Shown piece after piece: positions 11,585 to 22,564 of a stretch of 64,000 bases of DNA. The stretch's first letter is position 1, and every line of letters begins with the position of its first letter. Origin of the DNA: a phage. The stretch lies in the sequence record PZ445536.1. One strand, 5' to 3'. The position numbers and the translations under genes are program-made. A model generated the notes under the pieces. It was not told the DNA's origin. It made no database searches and was given only the letters and a program-made list of their open reading frames with translations.

Positions 11585-11616
11585 TTTCAAAATGAAGAAA
11601 GGGGCCGAAGCCCCTT
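11585..11616 (-). terminator. intrinsic terminator downstream of hoc
   Basis: on the - strand, GGGGC-UUCG-GCCCC hairpin followed by UUUCUUCAUUUUG. Confidence 0.7.
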
Positions 11617-11620
11617 ATGA

Positions 11621-12751
11621 TTATGGATAGGTATAGATGATACCAGTTTCTAAAGCAGTTTTATGAATGATGTATCCATTACGCGATTCTTGGACATCAA
11701 CTTCTGGATAGTCTTTCATCATCTTCTGAAGAGTGTAACGATGCAGGTAGTATTTACTATCTGGATCGTCAGTTTTCCAATCTTTACCTTCTTCGGTCAT
11801 TTTTTGGATTTCATCCATAACCCACCAACCGCACCAGATGTAAGCTGAAGTGCGATGTGGAAGAGGATGAACATAAGGCAATTCACCTTCTGGTTCTGGA
11901 GCAACTTTATCAGTTACCTGAACTTGACCTTCTGCTGTGATAGTTTTGCTATCATAATCAGTAGCAGTAACAGTTGCAGTAACTTCAATAGTTTGACTTC
12001 CAATAGATGATGTATCAACAGTGTATACATTAGTTGACCCTTCTACTGGAGAAGAATCTTTCTTCCATGAATATTCGATTTGTGCTTCTTCTGGAGCATC
12101 CGTAACATTAGCAGTAAATGTAGCCGAAGCATCTTGCTGAACGTTAATAGAAGGAGGAGTCAATGTAACCCGTGGATTCATTGTTTTCTTATTAACAGTC
12201 AGTGATACTTCATTAGAAGTAACTTCCTTTTCATTGTAATTTTCAGCAGTTACTTGAGCTACACACTTGATTTTTTTAACTCCGCTTGTGTCAGGAGTGT
12301 AATTGAATGTAGCGTCAGTTGCTTCGTCTACAGGAGAACCGTCAACGTGCCATTGATACGTAGCGTTTGCACCTGATGGCTGCGAAGCTAAGGCAGCAGT
12401 AAATTGAACTGGGGTTCCAATCACTCCAGCATCAGGGCTACCAGGAGTTACTGCCAAAGTAGTCGTCTGTGTCTTATTTTGAACTGTGATAGTTGTAGTA
12501 GCTTCTGCTGTTTCAGCTTCAGCTTCTGGAACTGTATTTGTTGCAACTACTTTAATAGTCTTTTGACCGGCAGGTCCTTTTAATACATAATTAAAAGTTG
12601 CTTCAGCTCCATCTTGTGGAAAATCATCTACAGTCCAAGCATATGTAATAGGTCCATCTCCAGTTTGACCACTGGGTGTAGCAGTAAACTGCTGAGTCTG
12701 ATCTATAACTCCAGTAGGTGTTTTAGGAGTTATATCAACTGTAAAAGTCAT
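11621..12751 (-). CDS. hoc: highly immunogenic outer capsid protein Hoc, 376 aa
   Basis: 376 aa; three tandem Ig-like repeat units plus a conserved C-terminal capsid-binding region (LPYVHPLPHR...WCGWWVMDE). Confidence 0.9.
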   Translation of the reverse strand: MTFTVDITPKTPTGVIDQTQQFTATPSGQTGDGPITYAWTVDDFPQDGAEATFNYVLKGPAGQKTIKVVATNTVPEAEAETAEATTTITVQNKTQTTTLAVTPGSPDAGVIGTPVQFTAALASQPSGANATYQWHVDGSPVDEATDATFNYTPDTSGVKKIKCVAQVTAENYNEKEVTSNEVSLTVNKKTMNPRVTLTPPSINVQQDASATFTANVTDAPEEAQIEYSWKKDSSPVEGSTNVYTVDTSSIGSQTIEVTATVTATDYDSKTITAEGQVQVTDKVAPEPEGELPYVHPLPHRTSAYIWCGWWVMDEIQKMTEEGKDWKTDDPDSKYYLHRYTLQKMMKDYPEVDVQESRNGYIIHKTALETGIIYTYP

Positions 12752-12760
12752 AAGTTATCC

Positions 12761-13441
12761 TTATTTTAATGTTACGAAAGAAGAATTGCGTGTTTCACGA
12801 ATTAAAACTGATCCGTCACGGTTAATGTAATAAATTAAGCTAAATAAAGTTTGGTGTGCTGACGCATGCTCAAAACTAGTTGGGTGAGATTTCCAATCCG
12901 GAGTTTCAGCAATCCACTGGTAAATCCACCAAGGAACGGTGCAGAATCCTGGATTTTTTCCAATCAGCTGAAGATTCGGACTAAAGTTTTCCGGAAGAGT
13001 AAATACAGACAGCTTTTCAGATTCAATAATCTCAGCTACAGCCTGCTCGAATTTTTCTTCAACAAAAGGAGTATCTTCAATCAAAACATCGGTATTTTCA
13101 GGAATTTTATCCGTTTCTACTACTTCAATTTTAATGTCAGATTTAACCGGAGAATCAATCAGAAGTGCTGCCTCTGGATTGACTTCTTCATCGTCATATT
13201 TTAACCCCTCTGCAGCATCAGCAGCATCAATTAAGTCTTTAATAGATAACCCATCAGTCTCTGGCATAGGTTCACTAGCGAGCTTCTGGAGGGCTTCTTC
13301 AATATCAACAACGATATTATCAAAAGATTTATTCTTTTTGACCTTTATACCAAACTGCTCAGCATATTCAGCTAATTTAGCTTTAGCTTCTTTGTTATCA
13401 TCAAGAGCCTTCAGCTCTGCAATATAATCTTTATCTATCAT
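12761..13441 (-). CDS. inh: Inh-like protein (inhibitor of prohead protease), 226 aa
   Basis: 226-aa ORF immediately upstream of hoc on the - strand, as in T4. Confidence 0.8.
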   Translation of the reverse strand: MIDKDYIAELKALDDNKEAKAKLAEYAEQFGIKVKKNKSFDNIVVDIEEALQKLASEPMPETDGLSIKDLIDAADAAEGLKYDDEEVNPEAALLIDSPVKSDIKIEVVETDKIPENTDVLIEDTPFVEEKFEQAVAEIIESEKLSVFTLPENFSPNLQLIGKNPGFCTVPWWIYQWIAETPDWKSHPTSFEHASAHQTLFSLIYYINRDGSVLIRETRNSSFVTLK

Positions 13442-13454
13442 AATATTTCCTCAG

Positions 13455-13462
13455 TATAAATA
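13455..13462 (+). promoter_or_regulatory. late promoter TATAAATA for uvsW
   Basis: exact motif 30 nt upstream of the uvsW ATG in the divergent inh/uvsW intergenic region. Confidence 0.65.
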
Positions 13463-13491
13463 TAGATATATTTATTACATGGTATTTAGAC

Positions 13492-15003
13492 ATGACTGAC
13501 ATTAAAGTACATTTTTATGATTTTAGTCACGTGAGAATTGATTGTGAAGAAAGTACATTTCATGAACTCCGTGATTTCTTTAGCTTTGAAGCTGATGGGT
13601 ATCGTTTTAATCCGAAGTACAGATATGGCCACTGGGATGGACGAATCCGTCTTTTAGATTATAATCGCCTTCTTCCATTCGGCTTGGTCGGGCAAATTAA
13701 AAAGTTCTGTGATAACTTTGGCTATAAAGCCTGGATTGACCCGCAAATTAACGAAAAAGAAGAATTATCAAGAAAAGATTTTGATGAATGGCTTTCTAAA
13801 TTAGAAATCTATTCAGGAAATAAAAGAATTGAACCGCACTGGTATCAAAAAGATGCAGTGTTCGAAGGATTAGTTAATCGTCGTAGAATTCTTAATCTTC
13901 CAACATCTGCAGGTAAATCGTTAATTCAAGCTCTGCTTGCTCGGTATTATTTGGAAAATTATGAAGGTAAAATTCTTATCATTGTTCCAACAACTGCTCT
14001 GACAACTCAGATGGCTGATGACTTCGTTGACTATCGTTTATTCAGTCATGCAATGATAAAGAAAATTGGTGGCGGAGCATCAAAAGATGATAAATATAAA
14101 AATGATGCACCAGTCGTTGTTGGTACATGGCAAACTGTAGTAAAACAACCGAAAGAATGGTTCTCACAGTTTGGAATGATGATGAATGATGAATGCCATC
14201 TTGCTACAGGAAAAAGTATTTCATCTATCATATCAGGTTTAAATAACTGCATGTTTAAATTTGGTCTATCAGGTTCATTACGTGACGGCAAAGCCAATAT
14301 CATGCAGTATGTTGGAATGTTTGGTGAAATATTTAAGCCAGTAACGACCTCTAAATTAATGGAAGATGGACAAGTAACTGAGTTAAAAATTAATAGTATT
14401 TTTCTTCGCTATCCCGATGAGTTCACTACTAAATTAAAGGGAAAAACTTACCAAGAAGAAATAAAAATTATTACTGGGCTCAGTAAAAGAAATAAATGGA
14501 TCGCTAAATTAGCTATTAAGCTTGCACAAAAAGATGAAAACGCTTTTGTCATGTTTAAACACGTATCGCACGGTAAAGCTATTTTCGATTTAATTAAAAA
14601 TGAATACGATAAAGTTTATTACGTATCAGGGGAAGTTGATACCGAAACCCGCAATATAATGAAAACCTTAGCTGAAAATGGTAAAGGAATAATTATAGTA
14701 GCGAGTTATGGTGTATTTTCTACTGGTATTTCAGTTAAAAATCTGCATCATGTTGTTTTAGCGCACGGCGTTAAATCAAAAATCATTGTATTACAAACAA
14801 TCGGTCGTGTATTACGTAAGCATGGTTCTAAGACAATAGCAACAGTCTGGGACCTCATCGATGATTGTGGTGTTAAGCCAAAATCTGCTAATACGAAAAA
14901 GAAATACGTTCATTTGAACTATCTTTTAAAACACGGCATTGATCGTATTCAGCGCTACGCAGATGAAAAATTTAATTACGTAATGAAAACAGTTAATTTA
15001 TAA
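13492..15003 (+). CDS. uvsW: UvsW RNA-DNA and DNA-DNA helicase, 503 aa
   Basis: Walker A LPTSAGKS and DECH box (NDECHLATG); 503 aa. Confidence 0.9.
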   Translation: MTDIKVHFYDFSHVRIDCEESTFHELRDFFSFEADGYRFNPKYRYGHWDGRIRLLDYNRLLPFGLVGQIKKFCDNFGYKAWIDPQINEKEELSRKDFDEWLSKLEIYSGNKRIEPHWYQKDAVFEGLVNRRRILNLPTSAGKSLIQALLARYYLENYEGKILIIVPTTALTTQMADDFVDYRLFSHAMIKKIGGGASKDDKYKNDAPVVVGTWQTVVKQPKEWFSQFGMMMNDECHLATGKSISSIISGLNNCMFKFGLSGSLRDGKANIMQYVGMFGEIFKPVTTSKLMEDGQVTELKINSIFLRYPDEFTTKLKGKTYQEEIKIITGLSKRNKWIAKLAIKLAQKDENAFVMFKHVSHGKAIFDLIKNEYDKVYYVSGEVDTETRNIMKTLAENGKGIIIVASYGVFSTGISVKNLHHVVLAHGVKSKIIVLQTIGRVLRKHGSKTIATVWDLIDDCGVKPKSANTKKKYVHLNYLLKHGIDRIQRYADEKFNYVMKTVNL

Positions 15004-15018
15004 GGGCTTCGGCCCTTT
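15004..15018 (+). terminator. hairpin GGGC-UUCG-GCCC after uvsW
   Basis: 4-bp GC stem with UUCG loop directly after the uvsW stop, followed by TTT. Confidence 0.45.
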
Positions 15019-15028
15019 GGAGAAAAAG

Positions 15029-15259
15029 ATGTTACTAGGATTTAAACAATTTCTTTATGAAGCTTCTATTGATGAATTTATGGGTAAAATTGCCTCTTGT
15101 CAAACATTAGAAGGTTTAGAAGAACTTGAAGCTTATTATAAGAAAAGAGTTAAAGAAACTGAATTAAAAGATACTGATGACATCTCTGTGAGAGATGCTT
15201 TGGCAGGAAAAAGAGCTGAATTAGAAGATTCAGACGATGAAGTAGAAGAAAGCTTTTAA
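15029..15259 (+). CDS. UvsW.1-like small acidic protein (76 aa)
   Basis: ORF track begins at a TTG (15017); ATG at 15029 with GGAG RBS gives 76 aa. Confidence 0.7.
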   Translation: MLLGFKQFLYEASIDEFMGKIASCQTLEGLEELEAYYKKRVKETELKDTDDISVRDALAGKRAELEDSDDEVEESF

Positions 15260-15314
15260 ATTAAAAAAGGCCCAACCGAAAAGGAAGGGCCAAAACTATA
15301 GACTAAAGGTCACA

Positions 15315-15482
15315 CTATAGCAAAAGTTGTGTTTCATTTAATTGTTCTTCCGAACTTTCTGAAACTGGTAGTTCTTTAATGTAATTATAGCAAGGCCCAG
15401 GATGTACAGGACCTTTGTCTGTTTCAACAACCAATGCAGAATCGATTGGAGTTTTACAGACAACACAAATCTTATCTGACAT
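15315..15482 (-). CDS. small Cys-rich protein (55 aa; uvsY.-2-like), not in the ORF track
   Basis: hand translation of the - strand: MSDKICVVCKTPIDSALVVETDKGPVHPGPCYNYIKELPVSESSEEQLNETQLLL; GAGGAG RBS 6 nt upstream of the ATG; below the 60-aa track cutoff. Confidence 0.6.
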   Translation of the reverse strand: MSDKICVVCKTPIDSALVVETDKGPVHPGPCYNYIKELPVSESSEEQLNETQLLL

Positions 15483-15510
15483 GATTGTCTCCTCTGAATT
15501 ATATATCTAT

Positions 15511-15735
15511 TTATACAACTCTCATATGCATATCAATGCCCATATCTTTAGAATAAAAATATTCATCAAGATATCCGGCAAATTTTCCTTTAATATAAAG
15601 GACATCTTCACCGCACGGGTGGTCGGCCAGGATACGAATATCCTGACGCTTAAGATTATGCTTTTTCATTAAGAATTGAATTTCCGTTTCAAATTCTTCT
15701 TCATAATTAAAAGCATCATCAATGCTATATCTCAT
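15511..15735 (-). CDS. hypothetical protein (74 aa; uvsY.-1-like)
   Basis: minus-strand ORF abutting the uvsY stop. Confidence 0.65.
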   Translation of the reverse strand: MRYSIDDAFNYEEEFETEIQFLMKKHNLKRQDIRILADHPCGEDVLYIKGKFAGYLDEYFYSKDMGIDMHMRVV

Positions 15736-16148
15736 TATTTTCCAGCCTCAAATGCCCGCATGTCTTGAATATGCTTAATAGCAAATCCACGTGATTTGAT
15801 AGCATCAAGAGCTCCGCTACAGAAATCTAATAAAATTCCCCAATATTGTAATGAAGTATCAACCTTTAAAACATCCTTATCAGCTGATAAAACTGTCTTC
15901 ATTTCTGATTTCTCGTAACGATCCATACTAAATTCATCACCATCTCCTCGTCCCGAGTAGTAGTCTAATTTAGCTTTAAGAGCAACTTTTTTCTGTGCAT
16001 CAATTCTAAGCATTTCCTTTTTAATACTTGAATGCTTATTAAGCCATTTACTATATAACATCACATTATTAGCTGCTTCATACTGTAATTTAGTCGAATC
16101 TATAAACACATCTTTCTTCAATTCTTCTTGAAGATCTTCTAATCTCAT
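15735..16148 (-). CDS. uvsY: UvsY recombination mediator, 137 aa
   Basis: 137 aa, N-terminus MRLEDLQEELKKDVFIDSTKLQYEAANN. Confidence 0.9.
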   Translation of the reverse strand: MRLEDLQEELKKDVFIDSTKLQYEAANNVMLYSKWLNKHSSIKKEMLRIDAQKKVALKAKLDYYSGRGDGDEFSMDRYEKSEMKTVLSADKDVLKVDTSLQYWGILLDFCSGALDAIKSRGFAIKHIQDMRAFEAGK

Positions 16149-16214
16149 ATTGTTCTCTATTCAATTGTTATTGGATGGACTTAGATTCATTATACCACGT
16201 TTATACGTGAAGCA

Positions 16215-16613
16215 TTATACTCTATTACTGGAAGCCAGTTGTAGTTTTATCTGCTCAATATCATCAGGGTTATCGATGACTGAAAAGCGTATTTCTACTA
16301 TCAAAGTATAATCATCATAAACCGGTATTACATTAACTGCTAATTTATCAATACGTGGCTCATAGTTTCTTACTGCGCTTTCGATATTACGCTCAACCGT
16401 GTCAGCAGTAAGAGGAGTCATATTCTCAAAAAGTTGGTCAGATAAATCACATCCAAATTCAGGGTCAAACGGTCTTGAACCTTTTCTTGTTGTAATAATT
16501 CCTAAAAGACTATTTTTAATTGACCTTAATCCAAGTGATCTTGAAACGTCTTTGTTCCAATCCATTTTCATCTCTGGGTCAATATCAGAATAAAGCTTAT
16601 TAATATTTGCCAT
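16215..16613 (-). CDS. 25: baseplate wedge protein gp25-like, 132 aa
   Basis: 132 aa; TAATG overlap with upstream gene 26. Confidence 0.88.
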   Translation of the reverse strand: MANINKLYSDIDPEMKMDWNKDVSRSLGLRSIKNSLLGIITTRKGSRPFDPEFGCDLSDQLFENMTPLTADTVERNIESAVRNYEPRIDKLAVNVIPVYDDYTLIVEIRFSVIDNPDDIEQIKLQLASSNRV

Positions 16614-17239
16614 TACAATAGCTCAAAGAATTCTTTGAGTCCTCTTATTACATGAGCGTGAGTTTTTCCACACTCTGGACACTTAATTGGAACAGCCAAA
16701 TAAACGGTAGGCTTTAAAAGCATATCTTTTATAGCTACAATATCTGACTCTGTGATGATAGAATATAAATCTTCCAGTTCTTTTTCATTTAAGTCTTCAA
16801 CTGGAATGCTTTCCCCGTTAGCATGAATCGTTTCTATACATGATACTATCATGTGGGCTATATTTTTATCATCAAAAATTTTAGGGTAATGGAATTTAAT
16901 TTTAATGTCACCCAGTGTATACCAGAGGTCTTCTGGTGCATCTATTTGTGTATGTAATAGATTTATATGGGTTGGTATTTCAGTTCCACAGGTGCACTTC
17001 CAGGAGTTTTCGTGATTAACTTCACCAAGAGAATGTGCCCATAAATGAATCAACAATAGTTCTGATTCTTGGCGGTTTAAATCTTTTGCATTTGTGCAGT
17101 CTTTGATTAGCTTTTTAACAATTACTTCTACGGAACCATTATTTTTGGCAGTAATAAGTTCTAGATATTCTTTAAGCGTGAATGCGCGACAATTGATTAT
17201 TTTAGAACCAACTCTCACATTAAATTTGTATTCATACAT
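16613..17239 (-). CDS. 26: baseplate hub protein gp26-like, 208 aa
   Basis: 208 aa, Cys/His-containing; divergent from gene 51. Confidence 0.85.
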   Translation of the reverse strand: MYEYKFNVRVGSKIINCRAFTLKEYLELITAKNNGSVEVIVKKLIKDCTNAKDLNRQESELLLIHLWAHSLGEVNHENSWKCTCGTEIPTHINLLHTQIDAPEDLWYTLGDIKIKFHYPKIFDDKNIAHMIVSCIETIHANGESIPVEDLNEKELEDLYSIITESDIVAIKDMLLKPTVYLAVPIKCPECGKTHAHVIRGLKEFFELL

Positions 17240-17260
17240 ATTTAGCTCCTTTATTTATCA

Positions 17261-17272
17261 TATTTATAAATA
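17261..17272. promoter_or_regulatory. palindromic TATTTATAAATA carrying TATAAATA late promoter motifs on both strands (gene 26 leftward, gene 51 rightward)
   Basis: the 12-mer is its own reverse complement; TATAAATA lies 17 nt before the gene 51 ATG and 21 nt before the gene 26 ATG. Confidence 0.65.
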
Positions 17273-17289
17273 GAATAAAAGGAGCATCT

Positions 17290-18039
17290 ATGGCAAACAT
17301 TATTCGTTGTAAATTACCAGATGGTGTTCATCGTTTTAAACCATTTACGGTAGAAGATTATCGAGATTTTTTGTTAGTTCGAAACGATATAGAACATCGG
17401 TCACCACAAGAACAAAAAGAAATAATTGCTGATTTAATTGCCGATTATTTTGGAGACTATCCGAAGACTTGGCAACCATTTATATTTTTGCAGGTATTTG
17501 TAGGGTCAATAGGTAAAACTAAAGTACCGGTCACATTTGTATGTCCAAAATGTAAAAAAGAAAAGACAGTTCCATTTGAAATATATCAAAAAGAATTAAA
17601 GGAACCTGTTTTTGATGTAGCTAATGTTAAAATTAAATTAAAGTTTCCTTCTGAGTTTTATGAAAATAAAGCAAAGATGATTACTGAAAATATTCATTCC
17701 GTTCAAGTAGATGAAATGTGGTATGATTGGAATGAAATTAGCGAATCAAGTCAAATAGAACTTGTTGATGCCATCGAGATAGAAACATTAGAAAAAATTC
17801 TCGATGCAATGAATCCTATTAATTTAACATTGCATATGTCATGTTGTAATAAGTATGTAAAAAAATACACTGATATAGTAGATGTGTTTAAGCTATTAGT
17901 TAACCCAGATGAGATATTTACTTTTTATCAAATTAATCACACACTCGTAAAAAGTAATTATAGCTTAAATTCAATAATGAAAATGATTCCTGCCGAGCGC
18001 GGATTCGTATTAAAACTGATTGAGAAGGATAAACAATAA
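17290..18039 (+). CDS. 51: baseplate hub assembly catalyst gp51-like, 249 aa
   Basis: 249 aa; AAAGGAG RBS. Confidence 0.88.
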   Translation: MANIIRCKLPDGVHRFKPFTVEDYRDFLLVRNDIEHRSPQEQKEIIADLIADYFGDYPKTWQPFIFLQVFVGSIGKTKVPVTFVCPKCKKEKTVPFEIYQKELKEPVFDVANVKIKLKFPSEFYENKAKMITENIHSVQVDEMWYDWNEISESSQIELVDAIEIETLEKILDAMNPINLTLHMSCCNKYVKKYTDIVDVFKLLVNPDEIFTFYQINHTLVKSNYSLNSIMKMIPAERGFVLKLIEKDKQ

Positions 18040-19214
18040 TGAGTATGTTGCAACGCCCAGGATATCCAAATCTCAGCGTTAAATTATTTGATAGCTACGA
18101 CGCTTGGAGTAATAATAGATTTGTTGAATTAGCTGCTACTATTACCACATTAACTATGCGGGATTCTCTTTATGGCCGAAATGAAGGAATGCTGCAGTTT
18201 TATGATTCTAAAAATATCCATACAAAAATGGATGGAAATGAAATAATTCAGATTTCTGTAGCTAATGCAAACGATATTAATAATGTTAAAACACGAATTT
18301 ATGGATGTAAGCATTTTTCTGTATCTGTAGATTCAAAGGGTGATAACATCATTGCTATTGAATTGGGAACTATTCATTCTATAGAAAATCTTAAATTTGG
18401 CAGACCGTTTTTCTCTGATGCAGGTGAATCTATAAAGGAAATGCTTGGTGTCATTTATCAGGATCGCACGTTATTAACTCCAGCAATAAATGCTATAAAT
18501 GCTTATGTTCCTGATATTCCGTGGACTAGTACATTTGAAAACTATTTGTCATATGTCAGAGAAGTTGCTCTAGCTGTAGGAAGTGACAAATTTGTATTTG
18601 TGTGGCAAGACATCATGGGAGTTAACATGATGGACTATGATATGATGATAAATCAAGAACCATATCCAATGATTGTCGGTGAGCCATCTTTAATAGGTCA
18701 ATTCATCCAAGAATTAAAATATCCATTGGCATATGATTTCGTTTGGTTGACTAAATCGAATCCTCACAAACGTGACCCAATGAAAAACGCTACTATCTAT
18801 GCGCATTCGTTTTTGGATTCTTCATTGCCAATGATTACTACAGGAAAAGGCGAAAACTCTATTGTAGTGTCAAGGTCAGGTGCTTATTCTGAAATGACTT
18901 ATAGGAATGGATATGAAGAAGCTATTCGTCTTCAAACTATGGCACAATATGATGGCTATGCTAAATGTTCTACTGTCGGTAATTTTAACTTGACTCCTGG
19001 CGTTAAAATTATTTTTAATGATAGTAAAAACCAATTTAAAACAGAATTTTACGTTGATGAAGTTATTCATGAATTATCCAATAATAATTCAGTAACTCAT
19101 CTATATATGTTCACTAATGCAACGAAACTGGAAACAATAGACCCAGTTAAGGTTAAAAATGAATTTAAATCTGATACTACCACTGAAGAAAGTAGTTCTT
19201 CCAATAAGCAATAA
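18039..19214 (+). CDS. 27: baseplate hub protein gp27-like, 391 aa
   Basis: 391 aa; TAATG overlap with gene 51. Confidence 0.9.
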   Translation: MSMLQRPGYPNLSVKLFDSYDAWSNNRFVELAATITTLTMRDSLYGRNEGMLQFYDSKNIHTKMDGNEIIQISVANANDINNVKTRIYGCKHFSVSVDSKGDNIIAIELGTIHSIENLKFGRPFFSDAGESIKEMLGVIYQDRTLLTPAINAINAYVPDIPWTSTFENYLSYVREVALAVGSDKFVFVWQDIMGVNMMDYDMMINQEPYPMIVGEPSLIGQFIQELKYPLAYDFVWLTKSNPHKRDPMKNATIYAHSFLDSSLPMITTGKGENSIVVSRSGAYSEMTYRNGYEEAIRLQTMAQYDGYAKCSTVGNFNLTPGVKIIFNDSKNQFKTEFYVDEVIHELSNNNSVTHLYMFTNATKLETIDPVKVKNEFKSDTTTEESSSSNKQ

Positions 19215-19692
19215 AGAAGTTTCTATTCCTAAAATGGGTCTTAAACATTATAACATTTTAAAAGATGTTAAAGGCCCTGATGAAAATTTAAAACTTCTTA
19301 TTGATTCTATTTGTCCGAATTTATCACCGGCAGAAGTTGATTTCGTTTCTATTCATCTATTGGAATTTAATGGAAAGATTAAATCTCGTAAAGAAATAGA
19401 TGGTTATACTTATGACATTAATGATGTTTATGTATGCCAAAGATTGGAATTTCAATACCAAGGAAATACATTTTATTTTAGACCTCCTGGAAAATTTGAA
19501 CAATTTTTAACGGTGAGCGATATGTTATCTAAATGCTTGCTTAAGGTCAATGATGAAGTTAAAGAAATTAATTTTCTTGAGATGCCAGCATTCGTTTTAA
19601 AATGGGCAAATGATATTTTTACAACTTTAGCAATTCCTGGCCCTAATGGTCCAATAACCGGAATTGGCAATATTATTGGATTATTTGAATGA
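19159..19692 (+). CDS. 28: baseplate hub distal protein gp28-like, 177 aa
   Basis: 177 aa; start lies inside the 3-prime end of gene 27 in another frame. Confidence 0.85.
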   Translation: MNLNLILPLKKVVLPISNKEVSIPKMGLKHYNILKDVKGPDENLKLLIDSICPNLSPAEVDFVSIHLLEFNGKIKSRKEIDGYTYDINDVYVCQRLEFQYQGNTFYFRPPGKFEQFLTVSDMLSKCLLKVNDEVKEINFLEMPAFVLKWANDIFTTLAIPGPNGPITGIGNIIGLFE

Positions 19693-21461
19693 AAAAGCCA
19701 CAAGAAATGCAAACGATGCGTAGAAAAGTTATTTCAGATAATAAACCAACACAGGAAGCGGCTAAATCCGCTTCCAACACTTTATCTGGACTTAACGATA
19801 TATCTACGAAATTGGATGATGCTCAAGCTGCCTCTGAATTAATAGCTCAAACTGTCGAAGAAAAATCGAATGAAATAATTGGAGCAATTGATAACGTAGA
19901 AAGCGCAGTGAGTGATACTACTGCCGGTTCTGAGTTAATTGCTGAAACTGTCGAAATTGGCAACAATATTAATAAAGAAATTGGTGAATCACTCGGAAGC
20001 AAATTAGATAAATTAACGAGTTTATTAGAACAAAAAATTCAGACAGCTGGAATTCAACAAACAGGAACCAGTTTAGCCACGGTTGAAAGCGCTATTCCTG
20101 TTAAAGTTGTTGAGGATGATACAGCTGAATCTGTGGGTCCTTTATTACCGGCCCCTGAAGCAGTTAATAATGATCCTGACGCTGATTTTTTCCCTACCCC
20201 TCAGCCAGTTGAACCCAAACAAGAATCGCCAGAAGAAAAACAGAAAAAAGACGCATTTAACTTAAAATTATCTCAAGCTTTAGATAAATTAACAAAGACT
20301 GTTGATTTCGGATTTAAGAAATCCATTTCAATTACTGATAAAATATCAAGCATGCTATTTAAGTACACCGTCAGTGCTGCTATTGAAGCTGCTAAAATGA
20401 CTGCAATGATATTGGCTGTTGTTGTTGGAATAGACCTGTTGATGGTTCATTTTAAATACTGGTCAGATAAATTTTCAAAAGCCTGGGATTTATTTAATAC
20501 TGACTTTACTAAATTCTCTAGCGAAACCGGAACATGGGGTCCTTTATTACAGAGCATCTTTGATTCTATTGATAAAATTAAACAACTTTGGGAAGCGGGA
20601 GATTGGGGTGGATTGACAGCAGCTATTGTTGAAGGACTCGGAAGTGTTCTTTTTAATTTAGGTGAACTTATTCAATTAGGTATGGCTAAATTATCTGCAG
20701 CAATTCTTCGAGTCATTCCTGGTATGAAGGATACTGCTGATGAAGTAGAAGGAAGAGCATTAGAAAATTTCCAAAATTCTACTGGAGCATCTCTCAATAA
20801 AGAAGACCAGGAAAAAGTTGCAAATTATCAAGATAAACGAATGAACGGAGACCTTGGTCCGATAGCAAAAGGATTAGATAAAATTGCTAATTGGAAAACT
20901 CGTGCATCTAATTGGATTCGTGGGGTTGATAATAAAGAAGCACTAACTACCGACGAAGAACGTGCAGCAGAAGAAGAAAAATTAAAGCAACTTTCACCTG
21001 AAGAAAGAAAAAATGCTTTAATGAAGGCTAATGAAGCCCGTGCCGCAATGATTCGCTTTGAAAAATATGCTGATTCAGCTGATATGAGTAAAGACTCAAC
21101 GGTTAAATCTGTTGAATCTGCCTATGAAGACCTTAAAAAACGGATGGATGACCCGGATTTAAATAATTCACCGGCAGTTAAAAAAGAACTTGCTGCTAGA
21201 TTTTCTAAAATTGATGCTACTTATCAAGAGCTCAAGAAAAATCAGCCTAATGCCAAACCTGAAACTTCTGCTAAATCGCCAGAAGCAAAACAAGTCCAGG
21301 TAATAGAAAAGAACAAAGCACAGCAAGCTCCTGTTCAACAAGCATCTCCTTCAATCAACAATACTAATAATGTTATTAAGAAAAATACTGTCGTTCATAA
21401 TATGACACCTGTCACAAGCACAACTGCTCCTGGTGTATTTGATGCGACTGGGGTTAATTAA
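19689..21461 (+). CDS. 29: baseplate hub / tail length determinator gp29-like, 590 aa
   Basis: 590 aa; ATGA overlap with gene 28. Confidence 0.9.
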   Translation: MKKPQEMQTMRRKVISDNKPTQEAAKSASNTLSGLNDISTKLDDAQAASELIAQTVEEKSNEIIGAIDNVESAVSDTTAGSELIAETVEIGNNINKEIGESLGSKLDKLTSLLEQKIQTAGIQQTGTSLATVESAIPVKVVEDDTAESVGPLLPAPEAVNNDPDADFFPTPQPVEPKQESPEEKQKKDAFNLKLSQALDKLTKTVDFGFKKSISITDKISSMLFKYTVSAAIEAAKMTAMILAVVVGIDLLMVHFKYWSDKFSKAWDLFNTDFTKFSSETGTWGPLLQSIFDSIDKIKQLWEAGDWGGLTAAIVEGLGSVLFNLGELIQLGMAKLSAAILRVIPGMKDTADEVEGRALENFQNSTGASLNKEDQEKVANYQDKRMNGDLGPIAKGLDKIANWKTRASNWIRGVDNKEALTTDEERAAEEEKLKQLSPEERKNALMKANEARAAMIRFEKYADSADMSKDSTVKSVESAYEDLKKRMDDPDLNNSPAVKKELAARFSKIDATYQELKKNQPNAKPETSAKSPEAKQVQVIEKNKAQQAPVQQASPSINNTNNVIKKNTVVHNMTPVTSTTAPGVFDATGVN

Positions 21462-21469
21462 GGAATAAT

Positions 21470-22564
21470 ATGGCAATTGTTAAAGAAATAACTGCTGATT
21501 TAATTAAAAAGTCCGGTGAGAAAATTTCAGCCGGACAGAGTACTAAATCAGAAGTAGGAACTAAAACATACACTGCCCAGTTTCCAACTGGGCGTGCTAG
21601 TGGTAATGACACTACAGGGGACTTCCAGGTAACAGATCTATATAAGAATGGATTATTATTTACTGCATACAATATGTCATCTAGGGATTCTGGAAGTCTT
21701 AGATCGATGAGATCTAACTACTCTTCTTCATCTTCGAGTATTTTAAGTACAGCTAGAAACACTATTAGTAGTACAGTATCAAAACTATCAAATGGATTAA
21801 TATCAAACAATAATTCAGGAACAATAAGTAAAGCTCCTGTCGCAAACATTCTTTTACCGAGATCTAAATCTGACGTTGATACATCATCACATAGATTTAA
21901 CGATGTCCAAGAAAGCCTTATCAGCAGAGGCGGAGGTACTGCTACTGGTGTGTTAAGTAATATTGCTTCAACTGCAGTATTTGGGGCACTGGAAAGTATA
22001 ACGCAAGGTATAATGGCTGATAATAATGAACAGATTTATACGACAGCCAGAAGTATGTATGGCGGTGCTGAGAATAGAACTAAAGTGTTTACATGGGATT
22101 TGACACCACGTTCAACAGAAGATTTGATGGCTATTATTAATATCTATCAGTATTTTAACTATTTTTCTTATGGTGAAACGGGCAAATCTCAATATGCTGC
22201 TGAAATAAAGGGGTATTTAGATGATTGGTATCGTTCTACTTTAATTGAACCTTTATCTCCGGAAGACGCAGCTAAAAATAAAACACTATTTGAGAAAATG
22301 ACATCGAGTTTAACTAACGTTCTAGTAGTTTCAAACCCGACAATTTGGATGGTGAAAAACTTTGGCGCAACATCTAAGTTTGATGGAAAAACGGAAATAT
22401 TTGGCCCATGCCAAATACAGAGCATCAGATTTGATAAAACACCTAATGGTAACTTTAACGGATTAGCTATTGCTCCAAACCTCCCTAGTACATTTACTCT
22501 TGAGATTACTATGAGAGAAATTATCACGTTAAACCGTGCTTCTTTATATGCGGGGACTTTTTAA
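21470..22564 (+). CDS. 48: baseplate tail tube cap / initiator gp48-like, 364 aa
   Basis: 364 aa; Ser-rich low-complexity segment (SNYSSSSSSILST). Confidence 0.88.
   Translation: MAIVKEITADLIKKSGEKISAGQSTKSEVGTKTYTAQFPTGRASGNDTTGDFQVTDLYKNGLLFTAYNMSSRDSGSLRSMRSNYSSSSSSILSTARNTISSTVSKLSNGLISNNNSGTISKAPVANILLPRSKSDVDTSSHRFNDVQESLISRGGGTATGVLSNIASTAVFGALESITQGIMADNNEQIYTTARSMYGGAENRTKVFTWDLTPRSTEDLMAIINIYQYFNYFSYGETGKSQYAAEIKGYLDDWYRSTLIEPLSPEDAAKNKTLFEKMTSSLTNVLVVSNPTIWMVKNFGATSKFDGKTEIFGPCQIQSIRFDKTPNGNFNGLAIAPNLPSTFTLEITMREIITLNRASLYAGTF

Noticed and set aside
9107-22527. Short antisense or overlapping ORFs within genes 24, hoc, inh, uvsW, uvsY, 25, 27, 28, 29 and 48
   Set aside because: All lie wholly inside larger, well-supported genes on the opposite strand or in another frame, and lack RBS.
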